NCBI RefSeq assembly: GCF_009914755.1
Contig: NC_060930.1
Strand: one strand, 5' to 3'
Origin: the human T2T-CHM13v2.0 reference genome, Homo sapiens
Length of the DNA stretch: 64,000 nt
Under the pieces are notes generated by a model. That model was not told the DNA's origin and did not search any database. It was given only the letters and a program-made list of their open reading frames with translations. A program made the position numbers and the translations under genes. Within the stretch, counting starts at the first letter, position 1. Every line of letters starts with the position of its first letter. Of this stretch, positions 30,960 through 43,536 are shown one piece after another.

Positions 30960-31170
30960 CTTGACGGCTTGACTCGCAAGCCTGGAGAGACACTTGCACG
31001 TAGTCATTGCATTTTCTCAGATGACAGCTGGAGAGCCTCTCCTGCGCAGCTGCTCCCTCTGTCGCAGCCAATCCAGCTGGCAGGGGACAGCACGGCCCTT
31101 TCCTCCATCAAGTGCAGCACAGGGGCTGTCTTTCCTGGTTGCTTGCCCTACATAGGACTGCTTGTCTGCT
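30960..31170. promoter_or_regulatory. candidate enhancer: three CAGCTG E-boxes plus CCAAT
   Basis: CAGCTG at 31025, 31047, 31074; CCAAT at 31068; locally GC/CpG richer and apparently non-repeat. Confidence 0.35.
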
Positions 31171-31579
31171 AACCAGAGACAAAGGATAAAGTGGCTTCAC
31201 TCCATCTTAGACACAGAAAGGATTTTACAGAGAAAATGAAGACAGCCAATATTCTCTCATGTCTGCTTTGGAAGTAGTCACTAATTTCAGTAGTTAATGT
31301 TAGCAGGAATATCTTAATGGCTGGTAACCATTATTGGTTATAGCACAGAATATTGTTAGTGTTATAATTGCTTTTTTAGAGCAGAGGTGTGGGTTGATTT
31401 CCAGTCTTAAGAATTAGCAATACACTTTTCTGACAATATCTGCAACTACCAACCCAACAGAGATTTCAGTTATTAATAGTTATGGTGTGCTCATTTTCAC
31501 TGGACTTCTGGCATGTGATAACACTTATATTTTATGCCTGTTTGGAAAAGGATAGTAACACTTTTTAAATTATTCTTGT

Positions 31580-32038
31580 TGTATTAGTTTCCTGTGGCTA
31601 TTATAACAAGTTATCACAGACTTGGTGAGTTAAAATAACAAAAATTTATTCTCTCACAGTTTTGGAGGCTGGAAGTCTGAAGTGAATGTGTTGGCAGGGC
31701 CATGCCCCCTCCAGAGGCTTTAGGGGAGGATCCTGTCTTGTATCTTCCAGTTTCTGGGGGCTGCTGGCATTCCTTGGATTGTGGCCACATCACTCCAATC
31801 TCTGTTTCCATCTTCACAATGCCTGTGTGTGTGTGGGAGAGATCCCTCTATCTTTCCTATAAGAACGTGTGTAATAGCATTTAGGGATCTCCCAGGTAAT
31901 CTAACACAGCATCCCCATCTCAACATCTTTATGTGAACTGCATCTACAAAGTCCAAATTTCTAAATAAGGTGACATCATTTCCAGGTTCCAGGGATTAGG
32001 ACTTGACATTTTGGAGGCCACTGTTTAGTCAGTATACT
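31580..32038 (-). mobile_element. MLT1C/D-like MaLR solo LTR
   Basis: TGTATTAGTTTCCTGTGGCT...AAATTTATTCTCTCACAG...GGCATTCCTTGG...GGTTCCAGGGATTAGG. Confidence 0.85.
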
Positions 32039-33334
32039 TGGTAAGCAGCACTGTAAATTGATGGTAAATATGATACGTATGATTTTAAATATGGTAGTAT
32101 TTGAAGAAAAGGGACTTAAAAGTTTATTTACTTCTTTTGGACACTTTTTAAATTTAACTTTTTCCTTGTCACTGACACATAATAGTTGTACATATTTATG
32201 GGGTACAAGGTAATGTTTCACTGCATGTATACATAGGATAATTGTCAAATTATGGTGATTACCATACATAAATAAATTTAAAATATATCCTAAGGTAAAT
32301 AGCAAAAACGTGCATAAGACCAAGAGAAAAATAAATTTGTGAATGAGATTGTGAGGGACGGCAAGGCGAACAGACAGAAGAGAAAGGAGAAGCCGAGAAA
32401 CTGGCTTCTGAAAGCATTCGAATAATTCTCATTGCTAAGGAAACCACAATTTCCTGTCTCTATCTCAGCTCTGAACAGCTGCTTTACTTATAATTTGGCT
32501 TCTCTGAAGGACTTTAATTGCTAGGTGAAGAAAAGCCAGAGTACCAAAGTTAGAATGGAAAGAAAAATTATGGTGATACAAAATGACATAAAAACAAATT
32601 ATTTAAGATAATTTATAAAGCTGGTGCTTTTAAAAAGGAGGTTATTGCTCCTCTCTTTCTTCCTACAAGTACCCTAAGGATGGTGACAAAGTTATTGAAA
32701 GTGATTGCTTAAAAGCAGTCCTTTTAACCTTTCTACAGATGAAAAAACATGAGGTGATAATGTTAATTCATTTTTCTCAGCTGGAACTGCCTGTATCAAA
32801 TGGATATTTTGCTCCTTCACCCTCTTTCCCTTCTGTTAAGTATTTTATTAAAGGAAGTCAAAATGAATGGATTGCTGAAGAACCTCAAAGTGCCTCTGTG
32901 AATGGGAAGAAAACCTCAAAGTTTGCTAGCTCCAGCTCTATGGGAATGTAGTTTTATCTTGGGCTTTTTCATGTAGAGTTCTATCAAGAGAATCTTCTCT
33001 TCCATTCTCCTTTTTCATTTTCCTCTTTGATTGCACAGAAGAGACCAACAGCTTTCCTCCTCCTCCTCTGCTCCAACACTAGTGGGAAGTTTGAGCCTCT
33101 CTTTTCCATTCTATTTTTCTGCCAAAAATTATTTTTTTCTATTTAAATAATTCTTACAAAATAGAGGGTAGTTATGGATATTAATAATTGCAAGCTATTT
33201 AAATACGTTTTTGTGCATAGATAATACCAAACAAAAATTCAGAATTACTTTATCTTTTACTTAGTGAAAACTCAGGATGCTCTGGCAGAAATAATCAAGT
33301 AATACTTTCAGCATCAACTTAAAAATGTCTCTAG

Positions 33335-33545
33335 ATCAATAGCATCCAATAGATCTATAATAAGAGAAATGTTCACATTCTCCGTTGCCCTATATGATAG
33401 CTACAAGCTGCCAGTTGCTGTTAAGCACTTGAAATGTGGCTGATGTGGCTGAGAAAAGTAATTCTAAATTTCATTTAATTTTAACGCATTAAATTTAAAT
33501 AGTTGTGTGTAGCTAGTGGTTACTGTATTGGACTGTGAGGCTGTA
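33335..33545. mobile_element. MER3-like hAT MITE
   Basis: TCCAATAG...AGCACTTGAAATGTGGCT...GCTAGTGGTTACTGTATTGGAC. Confidence 0.75.
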
Positions 33546-34227
33546 GATGGTTTGCACTGGCATTATTTTCTTCATTCTTATTCCACAATACTTCTGGCTA
33601 TGTTGCTGCTTTTCACCCAGTGAGGGTAAGCTACATCAAAAGATACTTTTGCATTTAGAAAAAAATGTTAAATCCTGAAAAAACTCAAAATGCATTTGGA
33701 AAGAACACTAGGATAATTCTGTGCACCTACTTGACTTGGTAGTAATTTAGGTGATACATGGTGGGGAAAAAGTTGTAACAATATTATAGACATGATCTTA
33801 TCATTTTATTTCAGTTAATACCTGCCTACTCATATACAACTAATACATGCTGAAGATTAAAGCTGGCTTTTCAGTATCTCAAGTTTGTCCTTGACTATGG
33901 GTTATCTAAATCGCAACCCTTAGGAAAAGGACAGATACAGGCTAAACACATAGTCTTAAGTCATGCTCTTGAGTAAGAGGGTAGGATGGAAGGAAGTGCT
34001 AGAATATTTGGAAAATTACATGCCCTAGGAAAAACATGTCTCCATCTCATCATTTCAAGAGCTACTGAAATCTCATTCTGTTGTAAAATCTGCCCAGATC
34101 TGTTGGAAATCCAGACAAGAAGTGTGCCAACTTAACCTGTACTTGCCCTCAGCCCCCAGTCCCTATGTAGCTATTCATCTGATCAGGAATCATTCTCCTT
34201 CACAGTTACTAAAAACTGCCTTTGATT

Positions 34228-34298
34228 TTGATATGTTATTGCCCTTCTGGTATTATGAAGAATAACAGTATAATACCAGAAGGGCAATAATATATCAA
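34228..34298. repeat. inverted repeat, 29-bp arms and 13-nt loop
   Basis: TTGATATGTTATTGCCCTTCTGGTATTAT / ATAATACCAGAAGGGCAATAATATATCAA, 28/29 complementary. Confidence 0.95.
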
Positions 34299-35534
34299 TA
34301 TATTCTTTATAAATAAAACAAAATGATATATCATAGATTGTTAACTTCTAGGGGGCAGGGATTATGCCTTCCTCATTATTGAAGTTCATTATCAACTTTA
34401 ACATCACAAAGGTTTAAACAGTTAATAAAAAACCCTTTCTGTCTTGCTGCTGTATGAATGAGTAGAGCTCCAAGCTGCAGCAAAAACATCATTTCTTTTT
34501 TTACAATTGATATCCCTCAATGATCATGTCCAGCATGACTTGGAAAAATGTTAAATATTTTGGAAGTTGAGAGTGAGGAAAATAAAAGAAGGAGTCTGGT
34601 GTATAGCAAGGAGTGCAGTTGCTTCTGGAAACCCGTGAGCCTGGAAAGGGAGTCTACTTTGCAGAGAGGTGAATGGGGAGAGGGGGACAACAGAGGAGAA
34701 AATGTAGCTCCTTCCTGTTTTTCCTTTCAAATCATCTTGCTGTTAAGCAATAAAAAAATCTAAATTTCCTAATCTGAGTTCAATGACTTACCATGGTATA
34801 TTCATGCTTGGTTCATTTTCACTGTATATTATAAAATGGACACTGTGTGTTGGTTATTTTAAATTGTGAATATGATGCTGCAGAGTGAAAAATAAGAACA
34901 ACTGACATACCTGGTTTTCCAAACCAAACAGAGCTCCTACCCTCTTTTCTATATCTAGTAAGTCACTCTGGTGTCCCCTCCTCCCCATCCACTCTGTGAT
35001 GGAATCCCTATTTCTGACTCTGGCAATCCTGAGATTTGAGTTGCCGTATATCAGGATGCTTGAGCTTTGGCAATTAGCTGTTGGTTCCCACGTGTTGATT
35101 ATTAAAAGAAGTGAAAATGAGTGTTAATTGCCACTCCATTTAAGAGGTCTAAAAATAACTAATGAAAGTCTTTTCCATAAGGAATATAATGAGATTACCA
35201 ATTAATTTTATGAAAGCCCTACAGAGGCTACCATATGATTCCTTGAACTGTTTTGTCCGGGTAATGAGGGGTGATTTCCCTTTAAAACTCAGCATTTGTG
35301 TTAGAAAAAAAAAGACAATATCCTGAGTTTATTTAAAAAGTAAAGAATGCTAATATCCTAGTGAATTAATATAAATCCTAAAGAAAACATTCATTTCCAA
35401 TTAGTACAACAGAAAAAAACCACAAAATCCAATTAAACTCAGCTTTCAATTTTTCATTACTGCATATATGTATGTACGTTTATGTAAATATCTGTATATA
35501 CATACGTGTGTGTGTGTATGTGTGTGTGTGTGTA

Positions 35535-35922
35535 ATACTAGTTTTCTAGTGTTGCCATAACCAAATACCACAGAGTGGGTGACTTAAAAAACAGAAATTT
35601 GTTTTCTCACAATTCTGGCAGCTGGAAGTTCCGGATCAAGGTGTCGACTGGTTTGATTTCTGAAGCCTCTTGCCTTAGCTTGTAGATGGCTGTCTTCTCC
35701 CTTTGTTTCCAACATGGTCTTCTCTTTGTTCGTGTCTGTGTTCTAATCTCCTCCTGTTGTAATGACACCCAGTCACAGTGGATTAGGATTCATCCTGAGG
35801 ACCTCGTTTTAACCTAATCACCTTTATAAAGACCTTATCTCCAAATACAGTCACATTCTGAGGTACTGGGGATTAAGACTTCAAGGTATATATTTTGCGG
35901 AGATGCAATGCAGCCCATAACA
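35535..35922 (-). mobile_element. MLT1B-like MaLR solo LTR, preceded by (TG)n
   Basis: TGCCATAACCAAATACCACAGA...CTCCAAATACAGTCACATTCTGAGGTACTGGGG...CCCATAACA. Confidence 0.88.
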
Positions 35923-38021
35923 TATAGTTCCTCAAAACTCACTTATCTTGAATTCTTTTTGCTTCCTCAAGAATTTACTTATTATTTTATAAGGTGCAAT
36001 ATAAGTAAATGGGACAAAATTGTAAGAGGCATAAAGTATCTGGACTCTCTTTCAAAGACCACCAGCACTCATCCTCAGAAGCAGCCACTGTTATCAGTCG
36101 CTTGTTTAATCTTCCAAGAGATGTCTGTGTGTGTCCATGTATTATTAGGTAGAAGCAAGCAGGATGCAGAGGAGTGCGCATAGTGTTTCTATGTGTATTT
36201 TAAAAATAAAATACCTACAAGTATATATGTATATGTGTTTACGTATATGTTGAATTATGTTGCCATGGTTTTATAATTTAAAACAATTTAAATGTTTGAT
36301 GCATTTGGAATTTATTTATGTTTAGGCATCGTTTGGATCCCACTGACATATATATTTCCAAGTATTTATCTCACTGTCTCAAAACTGTTTGCTTGAGTAA
36401 TCTATCTTTCCTCCATCATTTGGGATTCTACCTTTATCATGTACTGAATCCCTATATGTGTTTGGATCTTTTTATGAACTTTTTCTTCCAATTTGTGGAG
36501 AGACAGTTGTCCCCTGCTATCCCCGATAGCTCTCTCTGCATTGCCTGACAGCACACTAGTGGAGACCTGTGGCTTCTCTTCCTCCTGGTATGAAGGGTTC
36601 ACTTGGCTTCAATTTTCCACAAGGTCTTCGGGTGCTTCTAGCACAATTGTGCAGCTTCTTTGGCCAGACAGCATCTATATCAACCTACAGGAATGAGAGC
36701 AGCAGGCTGGTAAGGTCTTACTGTCAGAGCACATTCCAGGATAAAAGTGTAACTTGCCCAGCCCAAGTTTGTGTCTCCATGGGATTGGGAGAGATGGGAA
36801 ACATCTGTGTCCTCTTCCTGTGGGTTCCCACTCACACTCTGTGATGTTTGTAGAAATAGCCCCAGACCTTCTCACAACACTGTTGATTTCAAATAAGATT
36901 GGAATTTTGTAGCTTTATATTTGAATATGTTCTAAAGTTAGTCTTCCCCTTATTATTCTGTTTTTCAGATTTTCCTGTTTTCACTTATTTTCTTCTATAG
37001 TTCCAAGAACATTAATTTATAAAATATTCTCTCTTTATAGAGTAGATGTTTATTCTCTCTGTCTATGAGACAGCTTAAGGGTTTGAGACTGACTCTCACT
37101 AAGAGAAATATAAAAACAAGAGGCTGGGGCTGCCTCTGCTTGATAATGGAGTAAAGGCGCCTGCATGGAGAGACATTTACTGTTCTGTAGATAACAGTGC
37201 AGTGATACAGGTGTCTCGGGACCAGATGTGACTCCTGTGAAAGGGACATAGCATGAGGTTATCTTGAAAGGAATCTCACTGGACAGCACTGCTTGGAGGG
37301 AAGATGTGACCCTGAGTGGGTGGGTCGCAAGGGCCCAACACCCGAGGAAGTGATCATTAAGTTGACAGTCAGAGGCAAGGCACTGCCCTCACGAAGAGGA
37401 TGTGCCTGCAATGAGGTTTTCTGTTTCCTCATTCCAAGTCCATTTGCAGCTCTTCAGCCTCAGCGCCTGTGTGCTGTACTACTGTGCATTGGGAGAACCA
37501 GGGCAACAATCTTAATGGCATTTGTAGAATTGCATTTAGGAGTTGGAGCCCTCTCCAATTGCTCTTACATGGGATATTCTCACACGTTCGTAGATCATCC
37601 CCTAGTGGAATCAGTTATCTCATGTTCCCTGCTTTTAGTCAAGAGGCAGGCACCACCATTGGCCGCCTTCTGTGAGTGTGCAGAGATACAGACAGAAGGA
37701 TCAGGAAAGTAGACAAAGGTCCTTTAGCTCACAAATGCTGTCATAATCTAGGCATTTATAGGCCTTAAGTTGTAAAATTTGAAACGGTGGTATTTATGTT
37801 GTTCAAATATTTTTTATTTTTTAAAACTTGACTGATTTATCAATTACTAAGACCCATGTTAAAAATTACCTTATGATGGTGAATTTGTCAATTTAGCATT
37901 GCATTTTTGCAATACAAATGACCAAATTGCCCACACAAGATACAGAAACTGATACTTCAGAAAAATTATTTTTACAAAGGAACAATAGCCAATTATGGCA
38001 GTGTTTTATAAATTATTCTGA

Positions 38022-38313
<292 letters not shown>

Positions 38314-39715
38314 AAATTACTCTGGAGTTGGAAAAAATAATGAACATTTAAAAATCTTTTTATGAAATTAGATGATTGACACTGAAACCTAAAGATAAGG
38401 TAATACAAACAAAACACAAACAAAATAAAACTATAGTTCAGTTTAATTATAAATAATTAAGGTTAATTATAAATAAATATAAGGTTAAAAAATTCTAAAT
38501 TTAGCAAACAGTGCATCAACACATTAAAAGATGATTTCATCATAAATACATCCATTATAGAACTAATAAGATAGTTCAACATTAGGAAATAAATGAATAA
38601 AATTCATATTAATAGAAAAAAATAGAAAAAACAGAGATAAGTTAACATTTACTAAAAAAGGAATAAATATGTTCATGATACTTCACACTTTAATATGTTA
38701 AGTTGTACATCTGTCTATTCTTTATCTAAATTTGTATTTGCTTTGCATTTTACTGAATGGACTAAACTCAAAGAGGTACAAGTAGCAAATGTGTTTGTCT
38801 CTTTGCCCTCAAACATTTTCTGCCTATTTCTCCTTTCCCCATTTCTTTAATAGTATTTGAGGCCGATCCATCCACTTAGAGGTATTAAGGTTTCCAATCA
38901 GGTTCAAGCTTACATCGGATGGAAGCCTTCTCCTTCTCTCCAGCTCAAGCCCCAGCTATCATTAGTGGGCCTGCAGCAGAGAAGAGTGGGAGGAAGTCTG
39001 TTTATTCTGTTCTTGCTTGCTTTTCACTTCCACTTTCCCATCATTTCGATGCTTCCAAGTTTCCCTTTCTTCCTTGGTTACCAAATCCAGGGCATCCAAG
39101 TTGAACTCTCCCAAGAACTCTTTTACCAGTTGACTTTGGCGCACTGGTGTGGAAATAAACATCAAGCCAGGGAGGGAGGTGCCAACTTCTCATTCTTACA
39201 GAAAACTTCCATCTCTTCAAGCAGATCTCTTGGAGAGCCCTCTTTTGGAGCTCTCTGTGAGCAGGGGGCAGCATCTCTCCTCTTTTCTTCATCCATAGGC
39301 CAAAAACCTACTTCCAGCACAGGTTCTTTCTTCTAGACATACCTCAGTCTTCTGCTGATATGGGCTGGACAGGGTGACAACCGGTTGCATTGCTGGACAA
39401 TCCCTGGAGAGATAGGAGTGGCAGCTTCTTGATCACTCCCTAGAATGCAGAATTCCTACCTACTCCTCTGCTTTGAGGTTTAGACAAAATTTTAAGAACA
39501 ATAAATTTCTCATTATATAACTTATTAGGTATATATAGTCCTGGGTTTTCTAGAGTTTAAATCCTGATCTGTGGGCTGTTTTCTAGTTTCTGGACAAAAT
39601 TTGGGGCAGGCAACTTCATAATTTTTTGTCATTTAAAGATGGTTTTGGCATAGTTTCATAATTACATAAATTTTATATCACAATTTCAGCCTTATCTCAT
39701 TCAAAGCTTCCCTCA

Positions 39716-40025
39716 GGCCCAGCACGGTGGCTCATGCCTATAATCTCAACACTTTGGGAAGCCAAGGTGAGAGGATTCCCTGAGACCAGGAGTTCTAGAC
39801 CAGTCTGGGCAACATGGTGAAAACTTATCTCTATAAAAATTTTAAAAATTAGCTGGACGTGGTGGTGCATACCTGTAATCTCAGCTACTTGGGAGGTTGA
39901 GGTGGGAGGATTACCTGAGTCTGGAGTGGTCAAGTCTGCAGTAAGCCGTGATTGAGTCACTGCACTCCAGCCTGGGAGCAAGAGTAAGACCCTGTCTCAA
40001 AAAAATAAAAATCAAAAGATAAAAT
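39716..40025 (+). mobile_element. AluJ
   Basis: J-type GAGGATT...CTGGGCAACAT...GACCCTGTCTC; TSD AAAGCTTCCCTCA/AAAACTTCCCTCA. Confidence 0.93.
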
Positions 40026-40565
40026 AAAACTTCCCTCATCTACAGTGTGAGCGTTTAGAATCCATACTTCCATGCTATGCAAAATGGTGGAAGGCCAGTC
40101 TTCCCCAGTTGCTGACCTTTCTCCTCACTTTGCTAAAGCAGGCTGCTTTAGCCAAGGTGGTAAGTACTTACCATAAAAGGTAATAATCTCTGAGTGGCCT
40201 CTCATAAGAGGCAGTCTCCTACGACAAGAGGACCCTCAGTGCTAAGATCATGTGGGATGGACTCTAGAGCCTTGAGCCTGAGGGCAAGTCCCAAGAGGAC
40301 AGCTGGAGCATGTCCTGTTCACATTAAGGGCAAATGTGTAAAACAGAGAAATCTCTGGAGAGATCTACAAAGACTGAAATTTAGTTGGAAATAATTAACA
40401 AAATATTACTTTTAACTGCTATGTGTTATGAAGTTGAAAAATTAAAACTAATCATAACTCAAAAATAATTTTGAAATTTAGAAACTATTTTGAACTAAAT
40501 GATAGCAAAAATATATATCAAATCTTATGGATACAGCTAAAGTAGTACTTACAAAAAATTTATAG

Positions 40566-40860
<295 letters not shown>

Positions 40861-41349
40861 TAGGAAGACTTCTTAAGGATAGAAGAATGCAAAACAAATA
40901 ATGATAATGAAGTCATAATTGAGAGGATCAAAAAGGTACAAGAATCTTTTAAAGAAAAATCAGTTCAACAAACTTTTGACAAAATTGATCAGAATAACAA
41001 GAAAACAGTCAGAAATACTTTGTTAAGAAATGATTAAGGGGGCACAATTTAGCTACAGTGCATATTAAAAAGATAACATAGAATATCATAATAACTTGGT
41101 TTACTGAAATCTGAAAACTTAGGATGAGTGAACATATTTGTAGAAAAATTACTATCCAAACTGAATTCAGAATAAATAGAAAGGTGAATCATCTTATATC
41201 ATTAAAGAAGCTAAATTATTAGTAACAATCTTTACATTTACACAAACCCATACTCATATGAATAAGATGAAAACAACACATGGCAAGGACAATTTTATAG
41301 ATAAGTTACTCCAAACTTTCAAAGAATAGGTAATTATGATTTTTAAATC

Positions 41350-41615
41350 CAAACATTTTATGTTCTCACTCAAAGTGGGAGCTAAGTTAGGAGGATGCAA
41401 AGGCATAAGAATGATACAATGGACTTTGGGAACTCAGGAGAAAGAGTGAGATGGGGTGAGGGATAAAAGACTCCACATTGAGTACAGTGTACACTGCTCA
41501 GATGATGGGTACACCAAAATCTCAGCAATCACTACTAAAGAACTTATTTGTGTAATCAAACAATGCCTGTTCCCCAAAAACCTATTGAAATAAAAAAAGA
41601 AAACGTGAAAAAAAA
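41350..41615 (+). mobile_element. L1PB-like 3' end
   Basis: GTGGGAGCTAAG...GCAAAGGCATAAGAATGATACAATGGACTTTGGG...AAAAACCTATTGAAATAAAA. Confidence 0.88.
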
Positions 41616-42323
41616 GAAAACAAACCACCACGTTTAAAAAAAAAATGTAGAAGTGCAAATTGTGTGTCTCTCTTCTCAATGCAGACAATTTATTGAGTAT
41701 TGGTACCCTTAAATCAGACACGATGGAATAATTATACCACAGAAATAGGCAAATGTTATAAGTCAGGGTTTTGAAGACAATCAGTTAATTATTTACCTGT
41801 ATGCCATTGGGTGGGGGAACTTACTTTATTTTGGATTATATTCTAATGAATATATGATATTCACACAGAAAAGAACAAGTATATAAATGGAACAGAATAT
41901 AGGGACCAACAGTAGATATAAATATATGTGAGAAATTAAAATATGACAAGGTTGGTATTGCAATTCAGTTGCAAAAGAATGGCTTATTAAGTATATGATG
42001 TTAATGTAACCAGCAATTCTTCAACAAAATCAGAGATACACTCTCAGCTTACATTACACAGAAAATAAGTCCTAGTTAGACTAATCACTGATACAAAATG
42101 AAATGATAAAAATTTTAAAAGAAAATTTGTATGGTACTTGTAGGTGATTTGGTTGAAAGAGTAAAGAAATTATGGAAGAAAAATTTTTTCCAATCCCCAA
42201 TTTTAGAATGTATACGGCGAAAGTCAGCTAAGAAAACTTAAAAAAAGTAGAAAAAGTACTTGTAACAAACATTTATTTTCCCTAGCATAAATTTTTCCTA
42301 GAAATTTATAATTAAAAAATAAA

Positions 42324-42470
42324 GGCCAGGGGCAGTGGTTCACACTTGTAATTCTACCACTTTGGGAGGTTGAGGCAGGAGGATCCCTTGAGTTCAGGAG
42401 TTCCGGACCAGCTTGGGCGACATAGCAAGACCCCATCTCTAAAAAGAAAACAGACAAACAAACAAAAAAC
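42324..42470 (+). mobile_element. FLAM_C / Alu left monomer
   Basis: Single monomer ending GCAAGACCCCATCTCTAAAAA. Confidence 0.85.
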
Positions 42471-42770
42471 AATACTAGAGTAAAAAGAAAACATAAATAG
42501 GTATGACAAAAGAAAAACTACAAACACCTAGTAAAATTATGAAAATGTACATAATTCAAATGTAGTCCGAGAAATGAAATGAAGGCAACTGTTGAATATT
42601 ATTTTTACCATTCAACCAAAATTAAAGGAACATGTAAGATCAAGGCTAGTGAAATGTAGGGAAACTAACTTCTGCAAGTGTTATAGCATTAAATTTCTCC
42701 AGCTTTTTTTTAGAAAGCAATTTGGCAATAGTTACTAAAAGTAAGAAAACACAACAGCACACATGCACAT

Positions 42771-43536
42771 TTTTAGGAGACAATTTTCTATGGGTCTACC
42801 ATACTTCTGTACTTCTTGAAAACAGAGACACTGATTGCCTTTGTTCCAAACTATATTTTCAAAAATACTTGTATCGTGAAGAACCTTGGAAGACAGAGCT
42901 GGTGTCTCCATCTGGAGCAAAAAGCAGGTGCGTTTACTGCTAATTATGAGAGAGATTCACGTTTCTTTTACTTTTCTTTCTTATTTATTTATTTATTTTA
43001 CTTATTTTTTTGAGACAGAGTCTTGCTGTCACCCAGGATGGAGTGCAATAACCCAATCCCTTCTCACTGCAACCACCGCCACCTGGTTCAAGCAATTCTC
43101 CTGCCTCAGCCTCCTGAGTAGCTGGGATTACAGGTGTGCACCACCACACCTGACTAATTTTTGTATTTTTAGTAGAGACGGGGTTTCCTCATGTTGATCA
43201 GGCTAGTCTCGAACTTTTGACCTTGTGATCCATCAGCCTTGGCCTCCCAAAGTGCTGGGATTACAGGCATGAGCCACCATGCCTGGTCTCAAGTTTCTTA
43301 AGTTTAGTTTCTTCTGTTGTAATCAAACCCACTGTGACTGCCTGGTCCTTTCTATATCACACTACGGGAATTGCAACTTGAGGAACTGGTGGAAATGCTA
43401 CTGCTATAAGTAATAAACCATTGTTTTTCTCTCACCCTTGGATCGCATGTCATCTGCCAACATTCATGAAATTGTCGCAGGGTACCTTGTTAGCTTGCAG
43501 GAAGGAAGAAAATCTGAATTTTCACAGTTCTTTACA
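42771..43536 (+). mobile_element. LTR40-like ERVL LTR, interrupted by an Alu
   Basis: CAGAGACACTGATTGCCTTTGTTCC...CCTTGGAAGACAGAG...GTGTCTCCATCTGGAGCAAA...AATAAA...GTTAGCTTGCA. Confidence 0.65.
42963..43290 (-). mobile_element. Alu (AluSg/Sc-like)
   Basis: Alu dimer with (TTTA)n tail; GACCTTGTGATCC. Confidence 0.94.

Noticed and set aside
31071-31095. REST/NRSE-like GGACAGCAC
   Set aside because: Left half-site does not match TCAGCACC
32720-32760. Acceptor TTTCTACAG followed by GAG|GTGATA
   Set aside because: Weak donor and no partner exons; expected by chance
37293-37712. 139-aa ORF
   Set aside because: Non-ATG start and no recognisable homology
38857-39336. 159-aa ORF in a GC-richer block
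   Set aside because: TTG start, no recognisable domain or splice context; possibly an old LTR that I cannot name
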